Below are positions 8,350 through 16,451 of a DNA stretch of 64,000 nt, piece after piece. A program made the translations under genes and the position numbers. The DNA is from a virus. The notes under the pieces were generated by a model. The model searched no databases, was not told the DNA's origin, and was given only the letters and a program-made list of their open reading frames with translations. The stretch lies in the IMG/VR virus record IMGVR_UViG_3300031857_000111, positions 7,522 through 71,521 of that record. The stretch is one strand, 5' to 3'. Numbering within the stretch: position 1 is the first letter of the stretch; the number at the start of each line of letters is the position of its first letter.

Positions 8350-8637
8350 TCACATACCTTCTTCTTCGTCATCCTCTGCGTCGGTAGTGAGATCACCACC
8401 AATCATCATATGCTCTGCAACCCGAAGCATGTAAACTGCTTCCGGCACAGAAGTTTCTTCCGTAATGGTAAGCCCTGTTTGGCTTTCCTTGTCAATGTAG
8501 ATAATGACAGCCTTCAAGGCCCCATCTTCTACTGCCCGTTCGGCCATAGCCATGACCTGAGAACGGGCGAGCACAACTTCTGACTTCTTACGCGCCAAGT
8601 GCTTTACTCCTGATAGGATCGGGGCTGCCAACCGCAA
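8350..8637 (-). CDS. Hypothetical protein (start uncertain)
   Basis: In-operon ORF with acidic C-terminus; AGGAG near 8610 suggests a start around 8598. Confidence 0.55.
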   Translation of the reverse strand: MRLAAPILSGVKHLARKKSEVVLARSQVMAMAERAVEDGALKAVIIYIDKESQTGLTITEETSVPEAVYMLRVAEHMMIGGDLTTDAEDDEEEGM

Positions 8638-8870
8638 AGGCGGGCGCCGGTTTCGTTATGGGCAAGAATATCGTAAGCCGTGCCGCGAGAAAGCGTGTCG
8701 TGCGGCGTGATAAAGATGGGCCGGGCGGCTACGCAAAAAGCGTTAGTTTCCCGATTTACTCCAACGGGCGCGCAACTGATCGCGAGGGTCGTCAGCGCCA
8801 TTAGTGACAGCCATTTCCACCGCAGCGCGTTCTTGCGAGATTTCAAGTAGCCGTTGAGTATTCTGTGCAT
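8604..8870 (-). CDS. Putative o-spanin lipoprotein (Rz1-like)
   Basis: Lipobox LAISC, two further Cys, ILAHNETG..LCGW; overlaps the i-spanin in another frame. Confidence 0.7.
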   Translation of the reverse strand: MHRILNGYLKSRKNALRWKWLSLMALTTLAISCAPVGVNRETNAFCVAARPIFITPHDTLSRGTAYDILAHNETGARLCGWQPRSYQE

Positions 8871-9006
8871 TCACTTCACTCCTACCTTCGGCGCGCTGTT
8901 GAGCCCGCATCCCGAAGAACGCAATAACCGCAACCGCAGCAAGTGTCAACCACTGAAAGACCTTGGAGGCGCGAAAAGCCTCCCAAGCCAATATGAGCAT
9001 AGGCAT
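8743..9006 (-). CDS. Putative i-spanin (Rz-like)
   Basis: N-terminal TM helix plus periplasmic helix; directly after the endolysin. Confidence 0.65.
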   Translation of the reverse strand: MPMLILAWEAFRASKVFQWLTLAAVAVIAFFGMRAQQRAEGRSEVNAQNTQRLLEISQERAAVEMAVTNGADDPRDQLRARWSKSGN

Positions 9007-9007
9007 C

Positions 9008-9649
9008 TTAATCCTTCCGTCGCTTGAGAACCACGAAGATCGCGATAGCCACCGCGCCGAGCACAAGGGCCACGCCCGTCCAGACAGGCAGGGCGCCGAT
9101 AGCCTGGATTGCGGGGGCAGCAGCGGTGGCGGCAGCGGCGACCGCCCCTACCTCAATGGCGCCCCGCCCGGTGCCCGTAGAAGCGGCCTGGGCGACCGTG
9201 GTGACAGGCTTGCGGATGCCTGCCATACGGAGGCCCTCGTCAATCACAGACGCCGCGTAGGGCTGCCCGCCGAGTTCGTGGCGGATGATTGCCTCCACCA
9301 ACGGACGCATATGCTCGTAGGTGTGGAGATTAATAGGATCATCCGGTTCAACACCAACAGCCTTGGCGACTGCCGTGACGTAGGCCGACGTGTTGTTCTC
9401 GACCGGAGGCGCCCAACGGTTGATGATGCCCCGGACGGTCTTGAGGCCATGTCGGTCAAAGTAGGTGGTGAGAAGGACGGCGCCTGCACGGATGCCGTAT
9501 TCATGCGTTTCAAATTCAGCGAAGCGTCGCTGGTTTTCGGGGAGCCAACGGTCCCCTAGGCCGACCTGCCCCGTCCAGGGGTTTCTGGGGTTGTAGTCGA
9601 TATTCATGGGCGACTTGTTGCGGTAGCCACGGGAGTTAGTCACTGACAC
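9008..9649 (-). CDS. Endolysin (lysozyme-like, RGxRNNNPGNI family) with C-terminal hydrophobic helices
   Basis: RGYRNKSPMNI, FAEFETHEYGIRA, IINRWAPPVENNTSAY, AIIRHE; C-terminal TM ending KRRKD. Confidence 0.8.
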   Translation of the reverse strand: MSVTNSRGYRNKSPMNIDYNPRNPWTGQVGLGDRWLPENQRRFAEFETHEYGIRAGAVLLTTYFDRHGLKTVRGIINRWAPPVENNTSAYVTAVAKAVGVEPDDPINLHTYEHMRPLVEAIIRHELGGQPYAASVIDEGLRMAGIRKPVTTVAQAASTGTGRGAIEVGAVAAAATAAAPAIQAIGALPVWTGVALVLGAVAIAIFVVLKRRKD

Positions 9650-9705
9650 GATTATCTCCTACAGAGAATAAGGGAACACAACCCTCCCGCCCCGCCCCTA
9701 TCGCC

Positions 9706-10347
9706 TCACGGCGATCGCGTTGCTTTGTTGAAAGCCATAGCCGCCACTCGGGGGCCGATGGTTTTCGCAAATTCGTCAGGTGAGGTATATGTGTTTTCGG
9801 CCTCAAAGTCAAAGGTGTAACCGTTAAGCGATCCTTCGCTTGCATGACCCTTACTACCGAACAACCGCTTCCACCAAGGCTTAGGTGGCTGCTCAATGCT
9901 TGGACGACGCACCCGCACCAGCAAACCGCCTGCGTTCTTGATTGCCTCATACTCATTGGGGAAACGCATATCGTCGCACACAACGGGTCGATCTTCTTCC
10001 CGCACCACAAACTGCTTTGTGATAAACGCCTTCACCCAAAAATCTTCGTCCATACACTTACGGCCCCATTCAGTGCCGAGTGTTTGCATAGTGTATCGCG
10101 GAGTGCGGCCCGCAAGGAGCATATTGGCTTCGTGCTTCTTAGCGCCCTCGATCAAATCGTGAATATCGTTCTCGGGCATTCCGATGCCGCTCAGATAGGC
10201 ACGAATCATAGTCTTGAGCGGATCGGCCATCTTGACCGTCTGAAAACCATATTCTTGCTCAAGAAACTTGGCAAGCGTGGACTTTCCGGCCTGTGGATAA
10301 GGGGCGTAGATACCAATAAGCGGCACGTTATCGACTAGGACTGTCAC
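9706..10347 (-). CDS. Deoxynucleoside monophosphate kinase
   Basis: QAGKST P-loop, MADPLK, TPRYTMQTLGTEWGR, DDMRFPNE, HASE. Confidence 0.9.
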   Translation of the reverse strand: MTVLVDNVPLIGIYAPYPQAGKSTLAKFLEQEYGFQTVKMADPLKTMIRAYLSGIGMPENDIHDLIEGAKKHEANMLLAGRTPRYTMQTLGTEWGRKCMDEDFWVKAFITKQFVVREEDRPVVCDDMRFPNEYEAIKNAGGLLVRVRRPSIEQPPKPWWKRLFGSKGHASEGSLNGYTFDFEAENTYTSPDEFAKTIGPRVAAMAFNKATRSP

Positions 10348-10592
10348 CGACGATTCCTTTCTTGTTCGGCGTTCAACACATATTGAAGTTGGGCATTTTC
10401 ATCAATTAGTCCGTTCACTGTATCGACAAGATCGCGCAGGTATTCTGCTTGCCACCCATCCAGAATCCAAGTTCGCCCTGTATGTTTGCAAGAAAATCTT
10501 GCGCTGTGTTTACCTGAGAGACTAATAAGGAGAAAATGCGGGGGCAGTATTCCCTTCCACCAATCAACGTCTTGCTCAAACTCGTCGTCCAC
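10344..10592 (-). CDS. Hypothetical protein
   Basis: GTG start after AAGGAG; coupled to both neighbours. Confidence 0.55.
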   Translation of the reverse strand: MDDEFEQDVDWWKGILPPHFLLISLSGKHSARFSCKHTGRTWILDGWQAEYLRDLVDTVNGLIDENAQLQYVLNAEQERNRR

Positions 10593-10593
10593 A

Positions 10594-11607
10594 TCAAATC
10601 TCCTTCTGCATCTTTGCCTTGACCCGCACACGCGGTTTTGCCGTAGCAATCGGCTCGCCCCGATACCACGCCACATTGGCATCGTCTACTTCCACCAACT
10701 CAGGCGGTTGTAGCACGCCGCCGCGCCATGTCAACACAACAAAGCCGGGACGGGCATAGGAAGGCGCGTCTTCGGCATACTCAAACGCCGGGTGCTGCCG
10801 GTAGGAGAGGAAGCCGCACTCCACCCCGTAGCGGCGCCCCTGATAGTCCTCTACGGGCGTGCAGGTAAGGGCGTGCGTGTGCCCCGTCACGATATGCACA
10901 CCAGCCGTCAGGGCGTTGTTACGGGCTGCCATGACGCCCTGACGGTGCTTGTGCTTAACGACTGTGTGCCCGCCTTGGATACCGCTGTTGATGTGCAGCG
11001 CCCAACCATGCGTCCACCCAGGGAAGTGATCGAAGAGGCGCAGTCCTGCCATGTCGCGGAACTGATAGGCGGCTTGCGCAAGGGTATAGTCAAAACGCCT
11101 ATCATGGTTTCCAACTGTCCAAAACTTCTGCGCGTTCGGGAGGCGGTAATCAAGAGACGCGATGAACTCCTTACACCCTTCAAGTTCCTGCGTCGCGTCA
11201 GGCTTGCGCTCCCACCCCAAAGGTGGATGCCGCCCCACATTGGCGCCGTCAAACAGGTCGCCGTTGAGGATGAAGATATCGGGTTCTGCACGCTCTAGGA
11301 AAATGTGCAGGGCGCTCTCGGCGGGCGTGATGCCATCGCCGGGCCACTTGTGGCGGTCGCTGGCAATGACCGCCACGCCGTCATAGAGGGATACCTCTAG
11401 GCGTTGCGGATATGCAAAAGATGACATATCGGGCGTGTGCTTGATAGACGGCAATTCATATCCGTCTGCTACCATGCGATCCCGGCGTGAATAGACGTTG
11501 CGCACGTCAATCCCGAGTGCTCGCGATACCCGTGCCGGTGAATTTCCGTTCTGCTTCCAAACCTCTACAAACTCTTCAGCACTTAGCGAGGAGAACGGGC
11601 GCATCAT
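10594..11607 (-). CDS. Calcineurin-like metallophosphoesterase with N-terminal HTH
   Basis: SDRH, NGDLFD, GNHD, TGHTH motifs. Confidence 0.85.
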   Translation of the reverse strand: MMRPFSSLSAEEFVEVWKQNGNSPARVSRALGIDVRNVYSRRDRMVADGYELPSIKHTPDMSSFAYPQRLEVSLYDGVAVIASDRHKWPGDGITPAESALHIFLERAEPDIFILNGDLFDGANVGRHPPLGWERKPDATQELEGCKEFIASLDYRLPNAQKFWTVGNHDRRFDYTLAQAAYQFRDMAGLRLFDHFPGWTHGWALHINSGIQGGHTVVKHKHRQGVMAARNNALTAGVHIVTGHTHALTCTPVEDYQGRRYGVECGFLSYRQHPAFEYAEDAPSYARPGFVVLTWRGGVLQPPELVEVDDANVAWYRGEPIATAKPRVRVKAKMQKEI

Positions 11608-11667
11608 GTTCCTTCCGAGGGGAAAACCTGTTGGTGTCTAGCGAGACAAGATAGCCTTGTCAACGAT

Positions 11668-12096
11668 TTATATGTCGTCGTCTAGGTCAAACTTGTTTGG
11701 CATGTCAGGCAAAGGAGCCCACCCCCTCTCAGGCGGTGTTGCGCGCGAGCGCGCCTCAAGCGTGTGCTGCAAAAGTTCGTGTGCCCAACGATACCATTTG
11801 TGGCCGCGAGTTTGAAGTTCTCTGATCTTGCTTTCGCAGCGCCGGATTTCCGCTTCGCACTCTGTCACCCGCGAACGCAAAGCCTCAATATCGGTTTGCA
11901 TCCGCGTAAGCTGCGCGAGGGTAAGGCGCTCTGCGGCTTCCTCAAGGGTTTCTTCGCGCTTTTCCTTTAGTTCATCTTGTTTAGTAGATCGTCCCAACCA
12001 CGCAACAAACGCCGTAGCCAACGCACCAAAGAGCGCGCTCCCTAGCGGGACGATGGCAGCGCCTATATCGACCCCCGACATTACACGACATGCCAA
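11668..12096 (-). CDS. Membrane-anchored coiled-coil protein (possible holin/antiholin)
   Basis: One N-terminal TM plus coiled coil; lies between tail and lysis genes. Confidence 0.5.
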   Translation of the reverse strand: MACRVMSGVDIGAAIVPLGSALFGALATAFVAWLGRSTKQDELKEKREETLEEAAERLTLAQLTRMQTDIEALRSRVTECEAEIRRCESKIRELQTRGHKWYRWAHELLQHTLEARSRATPPERGWAPLPDMPNKFDLDDDI

Positions 12097-12494
12097 TTAA
12101 ACGCACTGTTAAAAGTCGCCACGAGAGTTTGCATAGCCATTGCTCCGAAGAGGGCGCCACCCGGAGTGAAAAGCCCTGCGCTGAGAAAGAAACACAGGCT
12201 TATAGTAGATAGTGCGGCAAAAGAAAACAACCCTCCCACGATAGAAAGTGTCTTATGGCTCGCGCATAGCGTGTATGTGTAGAAGCACGCAATTAAGAAA
12301 AGCGCAATCGACCATTGTGTTTCGGTAGCTATATTAGCCATCATATCGTATGATTGGCTACGTTCAAAGACAGCCTCCGGTTGTATTAGAACAACCGACA
12401 CAAAGAAAAGAATGCTGATTGCGCAGATGCGGATAAACGACCAAGGGTGGCCAAGTAGACTTGTAACACCCACCAAGGATTTTTCTTTAATCAT
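12081..12494 (-). CDS. Multi-pass membrane protein (holin candidate)
   Basis: About four hydrophobic segments; follows the tail spike. Confidence 0.5.
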   Translation of the reverse strand: MIKEKSLVGVTSLLGHPWSFIRICAISILFFVSVVLIQPEAVFERSQSYDMMANIATETQWSIALFLIACFYTYTLCASHKTLSIVGGLFSFAALSTISLCFFLSAGLFTPGGALFGAMAMQTLVATFNSAFNWHVV

Positions 12495-12501
12495 TGCCTG
12501 A

Positions 12502-15500
12502 CTACCCTACGTTGGCGCCGATAGCGGGAATTTCCGCGTCTGTCACCGCGTAGTTAAGAAGCCGTAGTGATTGTATTTGGCCATAGAAAGGGGCCGAACC
12601 AGACGAGTTATTGCCGATACGGAAAATATTCATGTTAGCCGTGGGTCCACCTGTAACCGCCTGCACAGTCCCACCGTTTAGGCTTGCAGCGGCCCGCCCG
12701 GCACCGTCGATGGTCATAACAAGACGGAACAAGACGCCGGGCGTAATCGTGCCGAGCGACACAGAAGACGCAGCACCAGCAGTCACGCGATAGAGCGTAG
12801 CCGTGCTGGTAGAAGCATCGTTACGGATAAAGTAGCGGTTGTTAGCGGAGCCATCGTTGATTTCAAAGAAAGTCTGCGCATCCGCCGACGAAACCGAAGT
12901 AACGGGGATGACGAAAGAGCCCGCAATCGTGCAAGCGCCCGTGCTCGCAATCTCAAACACTTCGGTAGAGGCGAAGAAGGAATCCGCACTTCTGGTAGAA
13001 GGCATAAGGTTGCCGACAGCAGGAAGAACCGGCGTGGTTGCAAAAGGCCCCGCCTCAAGTTGTGGGGCGGCGATTTCGATGGCCGCGTTGACCACCACAC
13101 CGGAAGAGGCTGTCGCATACCGCACATTGACGGCAGCGAATGCAGCACTAGCAGGGGAAACCAACACACCCGAATACCTAGTTGCCGTAGCGGAAGCAGA
13201 AGTCAAAGAGACAAAATTCGTGGTCGTCCCAACGGCTGTCCCACCCGAGTCCAACCAATCAACCGCGAGCGCAAAGGCAGAAAGCCCTGCCGTGCTGCCG
13301 CTGACTAGGCGGAAAATACCCGACGCGGTGTATGTAGTGTTGGGGGAGACAACCGCGTTAGAGGATATGGTGTAGCGCACCGCCATCGCGGAAGTCGTTG
13401 ACGCGCCAGATGGTGTTATTACGACACTAGGCAAACCCACCATTACACTACTAGAATAGGTGCGTGAAATGCCCCCGCTAGTGCCTCTAAGGCTCCACCC
13501 GGTAGGGGTGCCGCCCGCTACAATGCCCTCACCACGGGGATTGTCGAGCAAATTGGTTTTGGCCCCTTCAAAAGTAAAGCGAGCCATCCGACTACGAAAA
13601 CGGGGGTCGTTGGCCCCGTATTCACGGTATGTAACGCCATCGGGACCGAGGACCACAGAAGTAGCAGAACTCGCTTGCGTCCGCGAGAAGTTAATGCGTG
13701 GGTCAATGTAGTTTGGAGCGATGATAGTGCCGGGAGCGGGCACACGAAGCGGCACCCATCCCGTAGTCGTCCCCGTGGTGCTAGAGCTACCGTATTGCTT
13801 ATAGTAAAGATGCCCGCCTTGGTCTGTGCGGTTTGCGATATCCCCTACGTTACCAGACACCACAGTTTCAGGTGAGCCCGTAACGACGCCATTGACGATA
13901 CCATTACCAACAAGCCCGGTTTCAGAGATAGCCGAGAAAAGGGTTTGCAAAGCGCGGGTGTGCGACACACCGCGAGGCGTCGATTTGGTGGAGCCGTTAC
14001 CTCCGTAGAAGCCGACGCGGTGCCCGCTACCGCCGACGATGCTATGTCCGTTAAACTCAAAGGCATTGGTAAGGCCGGGAGTGTTAAACGCGGTGAACGT
14101 GCCTTGCGTCCACGAACCAGGGAAGTCAGTAGAAGTCGTGGTTTGGAATTGGCAATCAATAATCGTGGCGTCAAGCGATGTACCCTGCTTACGAATGCCG
14201 TTCGCGCACTCGCGACCACGGAACCCTACGACGGTTCCGCGCTGCCCAAGAAGATACACAGCTTCAGCAACCGCGCCTTCTGCGGTGCATCCGATTATGC
14301 GGGTGTCGTCACCGTCGATATAGTAGCCCGAGTTGCAGAACTGTGCGTAACTTCCATCCACGAGAGCCGCTGTAGTGCTTGTCTGGACGTTAAAGCCGTC
14401 CCGAAGATTACGCGCGACGCAGTTAATGAACATGCTACCGGATTGGCTAGTGACAAATCCGATACCCGTAGAGGTATTGCCAATAGGCCCATATGCGCGG
14501 CAGTTGACAGCCGAAGGGTCGCGGCCACCCGTTTGCACGGTATAAGACGCAGACGAAAACCGAGCGGTAGAACCGTTATCGAAATTCAGAATTTCATTCG
14601 TGGTAAAAACACCATCCACGCCACGAAGCGTAACCGTGGCCGTAGAGGCATTGGTGCTGCCCGTGACAATGCCTGTGGCGCCGCTAGAAGCGCCAGTGAC
14701 AAAGGAGTTATTGATGATAGAACCAACCGCGCTTACGAACGTGAAATTGGCCTGTTCGTCCGGGCGGAACCGGAGGAACGGCATGTTAGACGCATATCCG
14801 GTCACGTTCGTAAGATAGAACGTGCTGTCCGAAATGCGGACACCGCCACGGGTATCAAATGCCGCCTTCGGATCAGCGGGATTGCCACGACGCCAATCAC
14901 TGATAAGCAGACGAGTGAACTGGTTACCGATATTGTTTGAGGTATTGTTCTTAACGTCGACACCATCGTTACCCGAACTAGTAACAGTGAGGTCTTCAAA
15001 CGTGTTGTATAGAAAGGTGCCTACCTGAAGCCCGAGACCATAACCTACGGTATCTTGGATCGTCACGCGGCTAATCCGGCAGCGCGTGAGTTCGGCACCA
15101 CGAATACCATGCACGTTAGAAGTCGTGCTCTGGTTCACGCGATTGCCATCGAGTTTAAGGTCCGAAATTACACAGTCCGTGCAACTCGCAAAGTTAAGGA
15201 TACCGACATTGGCCGAAGATGCAATAGTAAGCGTAGTGGTTTTGTCACTTGCGCCGCGAAGCGTGATGCCCGTTTTGTCTCGGAAATGAACTGCATAGCC
15301 AACCCCCAAGGGGTCTGTGCTTTCAAAGCGGTAGTTACCTTCTGGAATGTAGATGGTCTTTTCGCCCGAAGCCAGCGCGCGGCGAAGAGAGGGGGCGTAG
15401 TCTGTTCCATCTGCGGAATCATAATAGTCGAGCATAGACACGCCAAAGGTGCCGATAACATCTTCACGAAGCGTAGACGCTTGGTTGGAAATAGCCTCAA

Positions 15501-15588
15501 AAATGCGCGGAAAATTAGTGGGATAAGTAAACGGCGTAAAATCCGTATCCCTGAAAACCTCCCCATCAATGCTAACGGACCACGCCAT
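12502..15588 (-). CDS. Tail spike / receptor-binding protein: beta-helix (pectate lyase-like) plus C-terminal CBM/LamG-like module
   Basis: DGTDYAPSLRRAL..G.KTIYIPEGNY beta-helix cap, LKLDGNR rungs, C-terminal PQLEAGPFAT...RIGN...GQIQSLRL. Confidence 0.8.
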   Translation of the reverse strand: MAWSVSIDGEVFRDTDFTPFTYPTNFPRIFEAISNQASTLREDVIGTFGVSMLDYYDSADGTDYAPSLRRALASGEKTIYIPEGNYRFESTDPLGVGYAVHFRDKTGITLRGASDKTTTLTIASSANVGILNFASCTDCVISDLKLDGNRVNQSTTSNVHGIRGAELTRCRISRVTIQDTVGYGLGLQVGTFLYNTFEDLTVTSSGNDGVDVKNNTSNNIGNQFTRLLISDWRRGNPADPKAAFDTRGGVRISDSTFYLTNVTGYASNMPFLRFRPDEQANFTFVSAVGSIINNSFVTGASSGATGIVTGSTNASTATVTLRGVDGVFTTNEILNFDNGSTARFSSASYTVQTGGRDPSAVNCRAYGPIGNTSTGIGFVTSQSGSMFINCVARNLRDGFNVQTSTTAALVDGSYAQFCNSGYYIDGDDTRIIGCTAEGAVAEAVYLLGQRGTVVGFRGRECANGIRKQGTSLDATIIDCQFQTTTSTDFPGSWTQGTFTAFNTPGLTNAFEFNGHSIVGGSGHRVGFYGGNGSTKSTPRGVSHTRALQTLFSAISETGLVGNGIVNGVVTGSPETVVSGNVGDIANRTDQGGHLYYKQYGSSSTTGTTTGWVPLRVPAPGTIIAPNYIDPRINFSRTQASSATSVVLGPDGVTYREYGANDPRFRSRMARFTFEGAKTNLLDNPRGEGIVAGGTPTGWSLRGTSGGISRTYSSSVMVGLPSVVITPSGASTTSAMAVRYTISSNAVVSPNTTYTASGIFRLVSGSTAGLSAFALAVDWLDSGGTAVGTTTNFVSLTSASATATRYSGVLVSPASAAFAAVNVRYATASSGVVVNAAIEIAAPQLEAGPFATTPVLPAVGNLMPSTRSADSFFASTEVFEIASTGACTIAGSFVIPVTSVSSADAQTFFEINDGSANNRYFIRNDASTSTATLYRVTAGAASSVSLGTITPGVLFRLVMTIDGAGRAAASLNGGTVQAVTGGPTANMNIFRIGNNSSGSAPFYGQIQSLRLLNYAVTDAEIPAIGANVG

Positions 15589-16445
15589 TAGGTCAACTCC
15601 TCAAGGGTGATTTCCACCGAATACCGCTCAAAGCTAGACTCATTAATAACAGAAGTATCCACCAAAGCACAATACATGACCCGCTGTTGCGCCATAGACG
15701 AGGGATCATCAATATCGTGCATATACATGACTTCTTTGCCTTTACCTAAGCGTTGCCATTGCCCGATGAATCCCCAGGCTTCATTTACTGTGGCAAACTC
15801 AAGCGAGAATGTTGCTTGTCTGTAGATAGGAAGGTTTTGCGTAAACCGTCGCCCGTAGGGTGTTCTGCGGACAATTGAGGGGTCAACGTATTGCCACGTT
15901 GCACCGTAGTTCATGTTGATCTCGGGTTGCCAATATGGCCCCGCAAGAAAACGCCCGATCTCGATAAACCCATCAGGATTAGAGCGGTCAGTGATGTAAA
16001 CAAACAGGTATCTGCCCGCGACGGCATCCGTCATGGTGTGCCGGATTACCGGAGGCGAAACCTCATCTTCGCTAGTGCCTTCCCAGCCAAAACCACCCCA
16101 CGGATCGGCGCCCCACACCACAGTCGGTGTCCAGGCAGCGATGGGTCCGCTAGTATATTCACGAGCCGTGGTCACGTCTGTCGTGCTGTTAGTCACTACA
16201 AACTCGACCGTAGCCGAACTTGTCAAATTATGGCCAACAATGAAGAAGCAATTGAAATAGCGAGTCGCTGTAGTGCCTGTGTCCACGCTAAATTGCGTGC
16301 TAGTAGTGGAAGCGTTGGTGGTGCGGGCCTTCTCTTCTTGATCTTGAGTGCGAATGTTGGCAAGCGGAAGTGCAGCCGTCCAAGACCCGCCGCTTAGCGC
16401 CCCTCGGTCGCTCTCAATATGTCGAAGAATTGCGAGGTTGCCCAC
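15588..16445 (-). CDS. Minor tail protein (tail tip complex)
   Basis: GHNLTS, NPDGFIEIGRFLAG..WQPEINMNYG; position in the tail module. Confidence 0.7.
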   Translation of the reverse strand: MGNLAILRHIESDRGALSGGSWTAALPLANIRTQDQEEKARTTNASTTSTQFSVDTGTTATRYFNCFFIVGHNLTSSATVEFVVTNSTTDVTTAREYTSGPIAAWTPTVVWGADPWGGFGWEGTSEDEVSPPVIRHTMTDAVAGRYLFVYITDRSNPDGFIEIGRFLAGPYWQPEINMNYGATWQYVDPSIVRRTPYGRRFTQNLPIYRQATFSLEFATVNEAWGFIGQWQRLGKGKEVMYMHDIDDPSSMAQQRVMYCALVDTSVINESSFERYSVEITLEELT

Positions 16446-16451
16446 CTACTA

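Noticed and set aside
8185-8583. 132-aa ORF on the + strand
   Set aside because: It is antisense to two tRNAs and a minus-strand gene.
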